Shown piece by piece: positions 27,639-37,539 of a stretch of DNA of 52,985 nt. The translations under genes and the position numbers were made by a program. The stretch is from positions 1 through 52,985 of IMG/VR virus record IMGVR_UViG_3300030099_007681. One strand, 5' to 3'. Below the pieces are notes generated by a model. That model did no database searches and was not told the DNA's origin. It was given only the letters and a program-made list of their open reading frames with translations. How positions within the stretch are numbered: the first letter of the stretch is position 1; every line of letters begins with the position of its first letter. This DNA is from a virus (taxonomy: Duplodnaviria > Caudoviricetes).

Positions 27639-28505
27639 TTGTCACGTAATAAAGATCGGCTGGGCCTCGGTGATACCACTCCCGAAAACACCGCAGTTCC
27701 GCCACAAGTCATGACACAAGGAGGGGAAGAAAACCCATTTTCTTTTGTCATACCAACTGAGTTTGTAGAACTCCCGTCAAAAGGTTTGTTTTATCCACCA
27801 AACCACCCGCTTCATAATCAAGAAACAATTGAAATTAAGCAAATGACGGCAAAAGAAGAGGATATCCTTACTTCAAGATCCTTGCTTAAAAAGGGAGTTG
27901 CAATTGAACGCGTTATTTCCAGCGTTATAATGGATAAAAGAATTAAGCCCGCAACGCTGCTGGTTGGTGATAGAAATGCCATTATCATTGCTGCAAGAAT
28001 TTCAGGCTACGGAAGTGATTACGCTACAAAAATAACATGCCCTGCTTGTAGTGCTGCATCAGAACAATCTTTTAATTTGTCAGAGCTTGAAATTTACTAT
28101 GGACAGAGTTTATTGCCTGAAGAAGCAACTCAAAACGAAAACGGCACATTTACAACCATCCTTCCAAATACCAAAGTAGAAGTAAACTTTCGTTTGTTAA
28201 ATGGCATGGATGAAAGATCACTGGTTGACCAAGTAGAAAACGCGCGCAAGCGTAAGTTAGATGAAAATGCTGTCACTAGACAACTAAAACACATTATTGT
28301 TGCGGTTAACGGTAACACAGAACAGAAAAACATTAACTATGTTGTTGATAATATGCCAACAAGTGATTCTCGTCATTTGAGAATGGTTTATAAATTAGCT
28401 ACCCCTAATGTTGATATGATTCAAGATTTTGAGTGTACAGAGTGCGGGTTTGAACAAACAATGGAGGTGCCGCTCACCGCGGACTTTTTTTGGCCTGACC
28501 GGTGA
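27639..28505 (+). CDS. tail assembly chaperone / baseplate hub assembly protein (T4 gp26-like)
   Basis: VELPSKGLFYP, MTAKEEDILT, GDRNAIIIAARISGYG, CPAC and CTEC, ends FFWP; TTG start after GAGGTG. Confidence 0.8.
   Translation: MSRNKDRLGLGDTTPENTAVPPQVMTQGGEENPFSFVIPTEFVELPSKGLFYPPNHPLHNQETIEIKQMTAKEEDILTSRSLLKKGVAIERVISSVIMDKRIKPATLLVGDRNAIIIAARISGYGSDYATKITCPACSAASEQSFNLSELEIYYGQSLLPEEATQNENGTFTTILPNTKVEVNFRLLNGMDERSLVDQVENARKRKLDENAVTRQLKHIIVAVNGNTEQKNINYVVDNMPTSDSRHLRMVYKLATPNVDMIQDFECTECGFEQTMEVPLTADFFWPDR
28463..28491 (+). promoter_or_regulatory. putative programmed frameshift signal: internal SD GGAGGTG, 15 nt spacer, U7
   Basis: GAC TTT TTT TGG in frame 0; the +1 (equivalently -2) frame continues FFGLTGEYMENV to 28743; located between tube and tape-measure genes. 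Confidence 0.65.
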
Positions 28506-28509
28506 GTAT

Positions 28510-28743
28510 ATGGAAAACGTATATGAGCAGTTTTTCTTCTTGAAATACAGTGGGGGCTGGTCGTTTACTGAAGCATATAATTTACCCGTTGGTTTGCGCG
28601 ACTGGTTTGTTAAAAGATTAATAAAACAGTTAGAAGCAGAAAAAGAGGCCATCGAAAAAGCCTCAAAGGGTGGCGGCTCAAATAGTCAAACTCTAACGCC
28701 CCACAATCAACCCGCGCCACCATCTTCCTTAAAGACAGGCTAA
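28510..28743 (+). CDS. tail chaperone extension (GT-like 'T' domain / gp51-like)
   Basis: EQFFFLKYSGGWSFTEAYNLPVGLRDWFVKRL; frame stays open upstream through the U7 run. Confidence 0.7.
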   Translation: MENVYEQFFFLKYSGGWSFTEAYNLPVGLRDWFVKRLIKQLEAEKEAIEKASKGGGSNSQTLTPHNQPAPPSSLKTG

Positions 28744-28757
28744 TTGCCTGTCTTTTT
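28731..28757 (+). terminator. intrinsic terminator with the stop codon in its loop
   Basis: AAAGACAGGC-TAATT-GCCTGTCTTT followed by TT. Confidence 0.85.
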
Positions 28758-28766
28758 GTTTGTAAT

Positions 28767-28775
28767 ACTAATTAT
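28767..28775 (+). promoter_or_regulatory. putative late promoter ACTAATTAT (tape measure/baseplate)
   Basis: Directly after the terminator. Confidence 0.65.
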
Positions 28776-28798
28776 AGATGTAAAAGTGAGGGCTATAC

Positions 28799-31444
28799 GT
28801 GTCCGAAAAATTATCAGATGTTCAAAAACTAATACAACTGAAAAAAGATCTTCTCAAAATCACGATTGCTGGTGAAGAGGCAGAAGGTCGCCTTGCTCGC
28901 AAATTTGAGAGACAAAGAGTAACTCTTGAGAAAGAAGTTGAACAATTAACAGCCCGCACAAAAGCTATTGCAGTGGCTGCTGATCGAGCGGCGGAAGCTA
29001 ATGAAAATGAGATAAGAGCTATTCAACAAAGAATTGATGCATCAACAAGCTTAAATGAAAAACTTGCGGCTCAACAAATTATGAATGAAGCTCTAGAAGA
29101 GCAATTGGCAAACCAAATAGAAGCTGCTAAAGCACAAGCTGCCGCTACTGATGATGCTGCGAAAGCTGCAGAATTAAGAAAAAAAGCTCTTGATCTTGAA
29201 GACGAGCTAGAAAAATCTCAAGAAATTACCAAAGAACTTAAAGAACAAAGAAAAGTAATGAAAGACTTTGGTGGCGGCAAGTTTGGTGCGTTTGTGGCGC
29301 GCCTCTCTAAAATTAATTTTAAAGAATTAGGCTCCCAGCTTTCACCTGTAACAGGAGCGTTTGATAAATTATTTTCTGCTGCACAGAAAACTTTATTTGA
29401 ATTTGATAGTTTGACACAAGGTTTTGAGCGTCAAATGCAACTTGGTCAAGAATATCAAAATTCAATAGACGAACAATTTAAATCATTAGTCCAATATGGT
29501 ACTAGTATTGAGGATGCTACTGAAGTTCAAAAAGAATTTGCTACTACATTTACTGATTTTACTATGCTAGCAAAAAATCAAAGAGATATTATTACTGAAA
29601 ACGCTCTTGTGTTGGCGGAACTTGGTGTTGCACAAGCTGATTTTTCTCAAGGCGTGCAGAATTCGACTAAGTTTTTTGCACAGTCTGCAGGTCAAGCCGT
29701 GATAGTCCAAAGAGAGCTTATGGAAACAGCCCGCGCACTTGGTCGTGAACCGGGCGCATTAGCAGAAGAATTTGCAAAAGCTGGCCCCATGCTAGCTAAA
29801 TTTGGTGACGAAGGTATTAAATCATTCAAAGAATTATCAAGAATTTCTAAGATTACTGGAATGGAGTTGGGCAAAATTCTTGATTTAACAAACAAATTTG
29901 ATACTTTTGAAGACGCCGCCACAATGACCGGACAACTAAATGCTGCTTTAGGTGGCAATTTTGTCAATGCTATGGACATGATGATGGCAACAGATCCAGC
30001 AGAGCGTTTTACAATGGTCAGGGATGCCATTGAAAGCGCGGGCCTGTCATTTGATGAAATGTCTTATTATCAAAAACAATTTTATACTGAATCTCTTGGA
30101 TTGGGTGATGTTGGTGATTTGGCTCTTATGCTTTCTGGCAACATGGATATGCTAACTGGCTCAACAAATAAAAGCGCTGCTGCTTTAATTGAAGAAAAAC
30201 AAAGAGCACTTGAGGTTCAAAGCGCACAAGAAAAAATGCAAATTACATTGCAAAAATTAGTTGCTGAAGGAACAAAATTCAAAACACAATTGCAAGCTAT
30301 CGCTGATCTTGTAGTAAAATTCGGTGAAAAGATAGGTACAATAATACCAGCACTTATAAAATATAAATTTGTAATGGTGGCTTTAACTGCTGTAACCAAA
30401 TTAAATGCAGCCGCGAATGCCTTTAATATGAAAGGCATGACGAGAACGGTGTTTGTAATTGGAGGTCTAGCCACAGTTCTCTTCCTTCTTGCTAAGGCAC
30501 TGATGATTGCCTCGCCATCAAAAGTTGTTTTAGCGATGTTTGGTTTGGCCGCGGCTTTGTTCGCTGTTAGTAAAGCCGGCCCAAAAGCCGCACCCGGCAT
30601 ACAAGCCGTTAATGCGCCGCTTATGCAGATGGCTGTGGCAATTTTCATAGCCTCTACAGCCCTTGCAGGATTAGCAATTGCATTTAGTGCTCTTTCACTT
30701 GAGCAAATGGCTGGAATGGCACTTGTATTAGGTACAATTGCTGTCTCTGCATATTTCTTGGCTCCCGCGCTTGGCGCGCTATCTGCTGGTTTGGTTGCAC
30801 TTGGTGCAGCAGGTGTTACAGCAGCCCCAGGCTTGTTAGTAGTGGGGCTCTTTATAGCATCATTGGCGGGTTCAATATTTGTTGCAGCCGCAGGTGTAGG
30901 ATTAATGGCCACAGGAATAGCTCTTATGTTTGATTCCATTACTATTGAAAAGGCAACAGCATTTGGTGCATTAGTGGGAGCGTTATCAATTGGTGGGCCT
31001 TTCTTGCTTATGGCTGGTGCTGGATTCGCTGCAATCGGAGCTGGAATGATGTTGTTTGGCTTGGCTCTCAGATTTATCGCAACAAAAGATTTAGAGGCAA
31101 TTGCCACATTTGCGACTGGTCTTTCGCAAATTGATGTTAGTAGTATTGAGGCTCTTGTTGATGCAATAAGGGCAATTGCAGATGCAATGAATGAGATACC
31201 TGTAAAAAAATCAATTGCATTCACCCAAACAATGACGACAACAGCAATTGCAGCCAGGACAGCTAATACCGCAGGTGCCCGGGCAGCGATGGGCTTAACT
31301 CGCACAACTGGCGCCACCAGCGGAACGATAAAAACAGAAGTTGCAGGCCAAGTAGAAGTTAAATTTAATACTGCACTATTTGAAAAAGAAGTAATTAACA
31401 TAGTGCAAAAAAATAAAAGAAAAATTGCTCAGATTATAACTTAA
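28799..31444 (+). CDS. tape measure protein
   Basis: 881 aa Ala-rich helical protein with a long hydrophobic multi-helix segment; follows the tail chaperone. Confidence 0.85.
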   Translation: MSEKLSDVQKLIQLKKDLLKITIAGEEAEGRLARKFERQRVTLEKEVEQLTARTKAIAVAADRAAEANENEIRAIQQRIDASTSLNEKLAAQQIMNEALEEQLANQIEAAKAQAAATDDAAKAAELRKKALDLEDELEKSQEITKELKEQRKVMKDFGGGKFGAFVARLSKINFKELGSQLSPVTGAFDKLFSAAQKTLFEFDSLTQGFERQMQLGQEYQNSIDEQFKSLVQYGTSIEDATEVQKEFATTFTDFTMLAKNQRDIITENALVLAELGVAQADFSQGVQNSTKFFAQSAGQAVIVQRELMETARALGREPGALAEEFAKAGPMLAKFGDEGIKSFKELSRISKITGMELGKILDLTNKFDTFEDAATMTGQLNAALGGNFVNAMDMMMATDPAERFTMVRDAIESAGLSFDEMSYYQKQFYTESLGLGDVGDLALMLSGNMDMLTGSTNKSAAALIEEKQRALEVQSAQEKMQITLQKLVAEGTKFKTQLQAIADLVVKFGEKIGTIIPALIKYKFVMVALTAVTKLNAAANAFNMKGMTRTVFVIGGLATVLFLLAKALMIASPSKVVLAMFGLAAALFAVSKAGPKAAPGIQAVNAPLMQMAVAIFIASTALAGLAIAFSALSLEQMAGMALVLGTIAVSAYFLAPALGALSAGLVALGAAGVTAAPGLLVVGLFIASLAGSIFVAAAGVGLMATGIALMFDSITIEKATAFGALVGALSIGGPFLLMAGAGFAAIGAGMMLFGLALRFIATKDLEAIATFATGLSQIDVSSIEALVDAIRAIADAMNEIPVKKSIAFTQTMTTTAIAARTANTAGARAAMGLTRTTGATSGTIKTEVAGQVEVKFNTALFEKEVINIVQKNKRKIAQIIT

Positions 31445-31455
31445 GGAATTATTAA

Positions 31456-32673
31456 ATGGCAGACAAATTCGATAAAAACCCTCTGTATTACAATGTCAAT
31501 AAAATTGGCACTATGCGTATTCGTGAGGGCCACTTAGAAGAAATAGAGGACAACGCTGTCCTTGAACAGTTCACACCGGAGGGCTCGCCCAGGCCAATAA
31601 AAAATGTATTTTTTGCCGATGGTAGTGACTCATTGGCAAATAGGGGATTTGTTGTTTCATTTCAGCATGTTGCGTCAGGCAAGTTTGTTCATTTTAAATC
31701 TTTTATTACAGCGTTTAACGAATCTTACAATTCTGATTGGAACTCAGAGCCTGTTTATGGAAGAACTGACCCCATTAAAATGTTTAAACAAACTACAAGG
31801 TCCATGACGCTAGGTCTTATTATACCGGCCGCATCTGAAGGAGAAGGTTTTGAAAATCTTGGTAAATTGCAAGATTTCCTATCTTTTTTATATCCAACGT
31901 ATACTGATGTGGATAATGCATTAACCATATCCCAATCACCTCTAATTAGAATGAGGGTTATGAATTTAATAAGAAAAACACAATATGGCCAACCCGACAC
32001 ACGCACCGAAAAGCAAAAAACCGAAGGAGTGCCACCAGCGAATACTTTTAAATCTTTAAAGGATGGCGATTCCAATTCTGGAACTACAAATCTTAGTCAG
32101 GCCGGCGCATCTGAAGGATTACTGGGTCATATTTCTAATGTTGCAATTAATCATAATTTAGAGAATAACGATGTAGGCTCCTTTATACTTTCAGATGGTG
32201 TCATAATTCCAAAAGCTGTTGAACTCACAGTAGATTTTCAAGTTTTACACGAAAGAAAATTAGGCTGGCAAAATGGAAACTTTAGTGATCAATTATTCCC
32301 ATACGGAATTGATTTGTCTAAAACAAAAGTGAGAACAGAGCAACAAATTATAAACGAGCAGCTACGGCAAGCCAAAAGCGCTGTAGAAAGTATCATTGCG
32401 CGTAGAGCGGAGGAAGAAGCAAAAGAAGCTACAGAAGCACAAAGACAAAATGCTATTGCCGCAGGCTACCTTGTTGCAGATGGGGTTACTGCTGATGGCA
32501 GAATTAGGTATGCTCTTACCAAGCGTGGCGAACGCGCAGCAAAAAATAAAAGAGCCGAGGCTAAAAAGGATTTCAATCCTTTTAATGCTAGACCCTATCC
32601 AGATGAAGACGCAAAAGCAGAAGCAAATAAACTTGCAGAATTTTTAAGTAACACAGACAATTTCATAAGCTAA
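31456..32673 (+). CDS. baseplate tube-initiator-like protein (gp48/gp54-like fold)
   Basis: FKSFITAFNESYNSDWNSEPVYGRTDPIKMFKQTTRSM and SPLIRMRV. Confidence 0.65.
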   Translation: MADKFDKNPLYYNVNKIGTMRIREGHLEEIEDNAVLEQFTPEGSPRPIKNVFFADGSDSLANRGFVVSFQHVASGKFVHFKSFITAFNESYNSDWNSEPVYGRTDPIKMFKQTTRSMTLGLIIPAASEGEGFENLGKLQDFLSFLYPTYTDVDNALTISQSPLIRMRVMNLIRKTQYGQPDTRTEKQKTEGVPPANTFKSLKDGDSNSGTTNLSQAGASEGLLGHISNVAINHNLENNDVGSFILSDGVIIPKAVELTVDFQVLHERKLGWQNGNFSDQLFPYGIDLSKTKVRTEQQIINEQLRQAKSAVESIIARRAEEEAKEATEAQRQNAIAAGYLVADGVTADGRIRYALTKRGERAAKNKRAEAKKDFNPFNARPYPDEDAKAEANKLAEFLSNTDNFIS

Positions 32674-32685
32674 TAGGTAAAAATT

Positions 32686-33030
32686 ATGCCCACAAGATAT
32701 ACAAAATCAAGATTTTTAGAAAATGACTCAGAATTTTATAGATTTTTAAGAGAAAAACGCAATGGTGCAAAAAGCATCACACATATGTCTACGGTTATGC
32801 TGAAACACCCATCTTTGCTAGATAGGATTAATTTAAAAACCACTAGCCACATATGGAAATATGGTGACAGATTTTACAATTTAGCATACAAGTATTATAA
32901 TAATCCTGAATACTGGTGGATTATAGCTTGGTATAATGGGTTGCCCACCGAAGCAGATGTTAGAAGTGGTGATCCGCTGGTTATTCCTTTAAATATTGAA
33001 GATGTTCTAATAGCGCTCGGAGTATATTAA
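32686..33030 (+). CDS. LysM-like baseplate wedge protein (gp53-like)
   Basis: GDRFYNLAYKYYNNPEYWWIIAWYN...GDPLVIP. Confidence 0.8.
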   Translation: MPTRYTKSRFLENDSEFYRFLREKRNGAKSITHMSTVMLKHPSLLDRINLKTTSHIWKYGDRFYNLAYKYYNNPEYWWIIAWYNGLPTEADVRSGDPLVIPLNIEDVLIALGVY

Positions 33031-36000
33031 TGTCTAATGGTATAACTCAAGATATTTTAAACGATCCAAAACGTTTACAAGAATATTACGAAGAAAAATT
33101 CAAAGATAATCCGTTTATTAAGGATAATTATCGCAAAGAATGGAAGCAACAAAATGTCGCAAATATAACTTCCAAAAAATGTGGGCTTATTTATGGCACC
33201 TGGACATCAACTAATGGAGCTATGGCCGGTTACAAAGCTATAGATGGTTTGGGCTCTGAAGCTCCACCGATACCGCCAAATAACTTTGGACGTCGCCGCG
33301 GCGAGCCAGCGGCAAAAAGCTGGGCGGACTATTTCAGTGGTGAAATTAGAGTTCAAAGTCAAAAAAACCGTGAGTTGTTAAACCTTGAGGCTCGCGAGCC
33401 GGGCCGAAACGCTGTCAAAAGAGTTATAAACGATGAATTATATGCACCAAAGGCTCAAAATTTAATTTTTGAATCTGCATGTGGTAAAAATTTGAAAGAT
33501 TTAGAAGTACTACTTGATTATAAATTTAACGAAGAAAAGAAGAAATCTTTGGGTTCCACTCTCCAAGGAGATGTAGACAGTATAGGCGCGCAGTCAAAAA
33601 AAGAAACACTCGCATGTGCAAGAAGACTTGCAGAATATAGAACAAGTCTTGAGCAGGCTCTAAATTTATTTTGGACAAGCGCAAAAAGACCCGATGTTGG
33701 TTTATTTAATGATTATGATTCTGATCAACTCAGAGGTATGGTGCCTTCACCACCAGCCAGAGTAAAACCAGCTGCTCCAACCCTAAATAAAGCTCAGGTG
33801 GCTTCCGAAAGTGTATTTGGTGCCGGGGAAGTTGCTGATGCGGTCGCCGATGAAGAAATATCATCTACTCCATCTTTTGTAAACCCACAAGATAACCCAC
33901 TTTTTATTCCACAAGTGACAGATCCACAAGCAATGTTTAAAGATGCAATTGGTGATGCAGTATCTGTGGAAATTGCGTCTTCATTACCATCTTGGGTCGT
34001 GTTTTCCCCAACTGGAATACCCACAACAAATGGCGCACCTCTTGCTTCCGCGCCCACAAGTTATAAATTTAGATGGGATTTTTTGTTAATTGATCAAAAC
34101 GCGAGAAACTCACTTAAAAACCCTGAATGGTACAAAGATTTAGCTGCCTCACCAAGTGTAAAAACAGTCAGTATGATGCCTACATTATTTGCATCTCTTT
34201 GTGTTGGAATTCACAATGCTATAGAATATGTGTTGTTGCCTGCACTTCCAAACGCTGCACAAGTTGATGCTTATCAAGGCGGCGCCGATGGCTCCGATAT
34301 ACAACTATATAATCAAGCGCAATCTATCTTAAGGGCCATGGATGGCGGAGACCAGAACGCCTTTCCGCTGCAGCCACCTATAGGAGAAGATGAAAGTTAT
34401 GATTCTGTTATTAACTACGCCCAAGAATCAATTGGCAAGCTTGACAATAGTCAAATTAAAACATGGCTCGGTCGCGACTCACTAACAACTTTAAAAAACT
34501 TTTTAAATGCTATAAAAGAAGATGCAAAATGCATTAAAAAAGAAAAAGACGAACTTGATAAAAACTTAGACAACATAAAGGAGGCGGTGCCAGAAGCAGC
34601 TAAAGAAGTATTAAACGAAGACGACGCGAAGGACGTCGCCACCGATTCAGCAGCTGTCATTGATAGCTTTGACATTGACAATATTGGCTTTACAAGTCCA
34701 ACTGATAAAAAACTTTTTAAAGAACAATGTTTCCTTTTGGCATTTGCTGCAAAAATTGCATCTTATAAAAACAACACACTTGACTACTCAATTGGTACCA
34801 CACCGGCACATCCTGCGGGAGTACATAAGCGATTACCATATGAAAATTTATCACAATTTGGGATTAGACAAACAGAGTTTGCAGCTAAAAAAGACTTTAA
34901 TGCTTCCATTCAAATGAGTGGCGATCCTTTTGGGTTCATCAATAAGCTAACGCAAAGCCCTAATTATTCAGATTTACTAGACATAGGACACGACCAGCTT
35001 TCGTCGTTGCAACCAAAAATAAGACTGTTCAAGGTTGTTTATAATGATAACCAGCTTAATCGTAGCGGCCAATTTGTAAATTCTGAAAAAGAAAGAGAAA
35101 TTGAAATTGCTTTTAATTCTGTATTTTCAAAAAGCGAGCTAGACGAGATATACATCGGCAGTAAAGCAAGATCCGCTGGTATTGGTTTAAAAAGTTTTGA
35201 GTTTACTTACGATGGCAACAATCCTTTTTCATATAAAAAGAGTATTAAAGCAAAACTTGTTTTGCACGCCGCTTCATTTCAAGAGTTTTTTGTTCCAAGA
35301 ACAGGAAAGTTTAGAGACTATGAGGGTTCCGAATTATTGTTAGGCGGCAAAGAATCTTATCGATATATTGATTTAGCGCTAAAAACATTTACCACATTTA
35401 ATAAGCTTAATACCGTTTCAGCCCAGTATGCAAAATTAAGAGATCAAAATTCAAACTTAGCTAAATTAAATTTTAGGTTAAAGGCAGTAGTCGGCTGGTC
35501 AGTACCGCCAGGAAATATTCCTGGAATTGATCCAGAACAAAAAAAACGTTTAGTTAGAGCAATTTCTAACTCGTTTGTTACACTAAATTTAACACCTACA
35601 ATACACAATTTTAATTTTGAACAAGATGGCTCGGTTACCTTAGAGATTGATTACTTAGCATATATTGATGATTTTTTTGATGATCGGGGATTTAATGTTT
35701 TTGCTGATCCGTCTGGTGTTGTTGGCTGGCAAAGAGAACTGAGAAAACTTAAGATGAAGCGCTTACGCTCCGCGTGTAAGTCTGCCGAAGGGATTCAAGA
35801 ATTAAATGAAAAATATAAGGATACTGTGCAAAAAGAAATTAATGATTCACTTAGCTCATTAATAAGTTCTTTAATTAACAATAATAAAATTTATTATATT
35901 AATTTGAATTATGCAAAAATACAAGATTTTATTGCTAGTGGCCCATATCAAAATTATGAAAATTATGTTATTAAAAATGCTAGAGGCGACATTATTGTTA

Positions 36001-37538
36001 GCGATGATGAAAAAGATGAAATTGTTGCAAAACAAATTAATTCTGCGCTAGAATCTTACAAAGCGCAAAGAGAAGAGTATAATAATGCAGGTGGTTCCGC
36101 TGAAGAACCACCGAACCTTGGTGCCGCGCTATACGCAGCGTCACCACAGAGCAATGAACTCAGCTTTTTTTATCTAGGTGATTTAATAGATATAGTTTTA
36201 GAAAACATACAAAAAGAGCAGGCTGTTCTTATTTCACAATTTGAAAGCGAACAAAACAAAGAACAATTCACTTTCCCAAAAAAATCAGCAATTGCAAATC
36301 TGGGATTAACAAATGCTTTAAAGTCTGAAGGCGAAGATGGAAACAAAGACAAAATTTCTATTGTTGACTGGAACGAAAGACGAATTGAATTAGAAAAATT
36401 TGCAAGAAATTTAAAAAGAATGAGAATTCTTCTTGGGCCTGTAGAATTAGTCCACCACAAAAAACAAGCAGAGGGTAATATTAGTGAATTTGTAAACTTT
36501 GGGGATGTTCCTATATCGGTTAAGTATTTTATGGAGTGGATTTCTGGTAAAGTACTATCAAAAGACGAAGTATTTTACGCACTCCCGGTTTTCATCACAC
36601 AGCTCATGAACAATTTAGTTTCTAAATTTTTAAATAATAACAATTGCTTCTTTTTTGACATTAAACAAAAAGTAAGAGTCAACCAATGTTCACTAACAAC
36701 ATTCAGTCCTCCCGAATATGGCGGAAAAGATGAATTAACAAATCTATTGGTTTCGCCTATTATAGCGTCCAAAGCAAAATTAATGAAAAAATTTAATAGG
36801 GCCGGTAGTCCGACCAGATTGAATTTGTCTGATTCATCTGTTCTGCATCATCGTGGCCTTAATGCTGATGGTACTATTGCAAATCCTAATTTATTAAGAC
36901 CGATTCTTAATGTTTCTGGCCGCGCAAATGAAGAAAATATAAACTACCCAATTTTAAATAATGAAATTAATTATATGGTTTTTTTCGCAGGTCAGGTTTC
37001 TAAGCCCAGTGAATATCCTGTTGATAAAGAAGAGAATAGAAGGAATGGCATATTTCATTATCTTCTTGGCAGGGACCGCGGCTTAATAAAAGAAATTAAC
37101 TTACAAAAAACTACTTCTAAAGGATTAGCTGAAGTTAGATTTGAGCAAGATGGATATGATGGGTTAAAACAATTGAGAGTTATTTATGATTTAGATGTGA
37201 CAACATATGCTAATGTAAATACATTTCCTGGTACGTATATATATGTGCCAGCCGCCGGCTTTGATCCTGCAATGTCTACAAACCTTATAACCACAACTGA
37301 TGGTGATGGAAATTTAATGCCTCTTCGTATGGAAGAACTAGGTATAGGTGGTTACTATATGATTATTCGCTCAACACATAAATTTGGAATTGGCGAGGCA
37401 ACAACTGAAATATCCGCTAAATGGATTGCAGGGCTTGCTAGCGACTACCCGATAGCAGAGGGCGAAAATTCTGATCCTTCTGAGGTAGGTTGTGCCGAGG
37501 CGATCAATACAAGAAAAGAAAAAATGAGTAGTTCGTGA
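33030..37538 (+). CDS. large baseplate hub-like protein, 1502 aa
   Basis: After the LysM gene; LQPKIRLFKV, GIGLKSFEF, C-terminal PGTYIYV...GIGGYYMIIRSTHKF...TEISAKW suggest a gp27/VgrG-type hub. Confidence 0.55.
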   Translation: MSNGITQDILNDPKRLQEYYEEKFKDNPFIKDNYRKEWKQQNVANITSKKCGLIYGTWTSTNGAMAGYKAIDGLGSEAPPIPPNNFGRRRGEPAAKSWADYFSGEIRVQSQKNRELLNLEAREPGRNAVKRVINDELYAPKAQNLIFESACGKNLKDLEVLLDYKFNEEKKKSLGSTLQGDVDSIGAQSKKETLACARRLAEYRTSLEQALNLFWTSAKRPDVGLFNDYDSDQLRGMVPSPPARVKPAAPTLNKAQVASESVFGAGEVADAVADEEISSTPSFVNPQDNPLFIPQVTDPQAMFKDAIGDAVSVEIASSLPSWVVFSPTGIPTTNGAPLASAPTSYKFRWDFLLIDQNARNSLKNPEWYKDLAASPSVKTVSMMPTLFASLCVGIHNAIEYVLLPALPNAAQVDAYQGGADGSDIQLYNQAQSILRAMDGGDQNAFPLQPPIGEDESYDSVINYAQESIGKLDNSQIKTWLGRDSLTTLKNFLNAIKEDAKCIKKEKDELDKNLDNIKEAVPEAAKEVLNEDDAKDVATDSAAVIDSFDIDNIGFTSPTDKKLFKEQCFLLAFAAKIASYKNNTLDYSIGTTPAHPAGVHKRLPYENLSQFGIRQTEFAAKKDFNASIQMSGDPFGFINKLTQSPNYSDLLDIGHDQLSSLQPKIRLFKVVYNDNQLNRSGQFVNSEKEREIEIAFNSVFSKSELDEIYIGSKARSAGIGLKSFEFTYDGNNPFSYKKSIKAKLVLHAASFQEFFVPRTGKFRDYEGSELLLGGKESYRYIDLALKTFTTFNKLNTVSAQYAKLRDQNSNLAKLNFRLKAVVGWSVPPGNIPGIDPEQKKRLVRAISNSFVTLNLTPTIHNFNFEQDGSVTLEIDYLAYIDDFFDDRGFNVFADPSGVVGWQRELRKLKMKRLRSACKSAEGIQELNEKYKDTVQKEINDSLSSLISSLINNNKIYYINLNYAKIQDFIASGPYQNYENYVIKNARGDIIVSDDEKDEIVAKQINSALESYKAQREEYNNAGGSAEEPPNLGAALYAASPQSNELSFFYLGDLIDIVLENIQKEQAVLISQFESEQNKEQFTFPKKSAIANLGLTNALKSEGEDGNKDKISIVDWNERRIELEKFARNLKRMRILLGPVELVHHKKQAEGNISEFVNFGDVPISVKYFMEWISGKVLSKDEVFYALPVFITQLMNNLVSKFLNNNNCFFFDIKQKVRVNQCSLTTFSPPEYGGKDELTNLLVSPIIASKAKLMKKFNRAGSPTRLNLSDSSVLHHRGLNADGTIANPNLLRPILNVSGRANEENINYPILNNEINYMVFFAGQVSKPSEYPVDKEENRRNGIFHYLLGRDRGLIKEINLQKTTSKGLAEVRFEQDGYDGLKQLRVIYDLDVTTYANVNTFPGTYIYVPAAGFDPAMSTNLITTTDGDGNLMPLRMEELGIGGYYMIIRSTHKFGIGEATTEISAKWIAGLASDYPIAEGENSDPSEVGCAEAINTRKEKMSSS

Positions 37539-37539
37539 T

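Noticed and set aside
30217-31401. 394 aa minus-strand ORF
   Set aside because: Antisense shadow of the Ala/Gly/Leu-rich tape measure region; no SD or promoter, and all credible genes are on +
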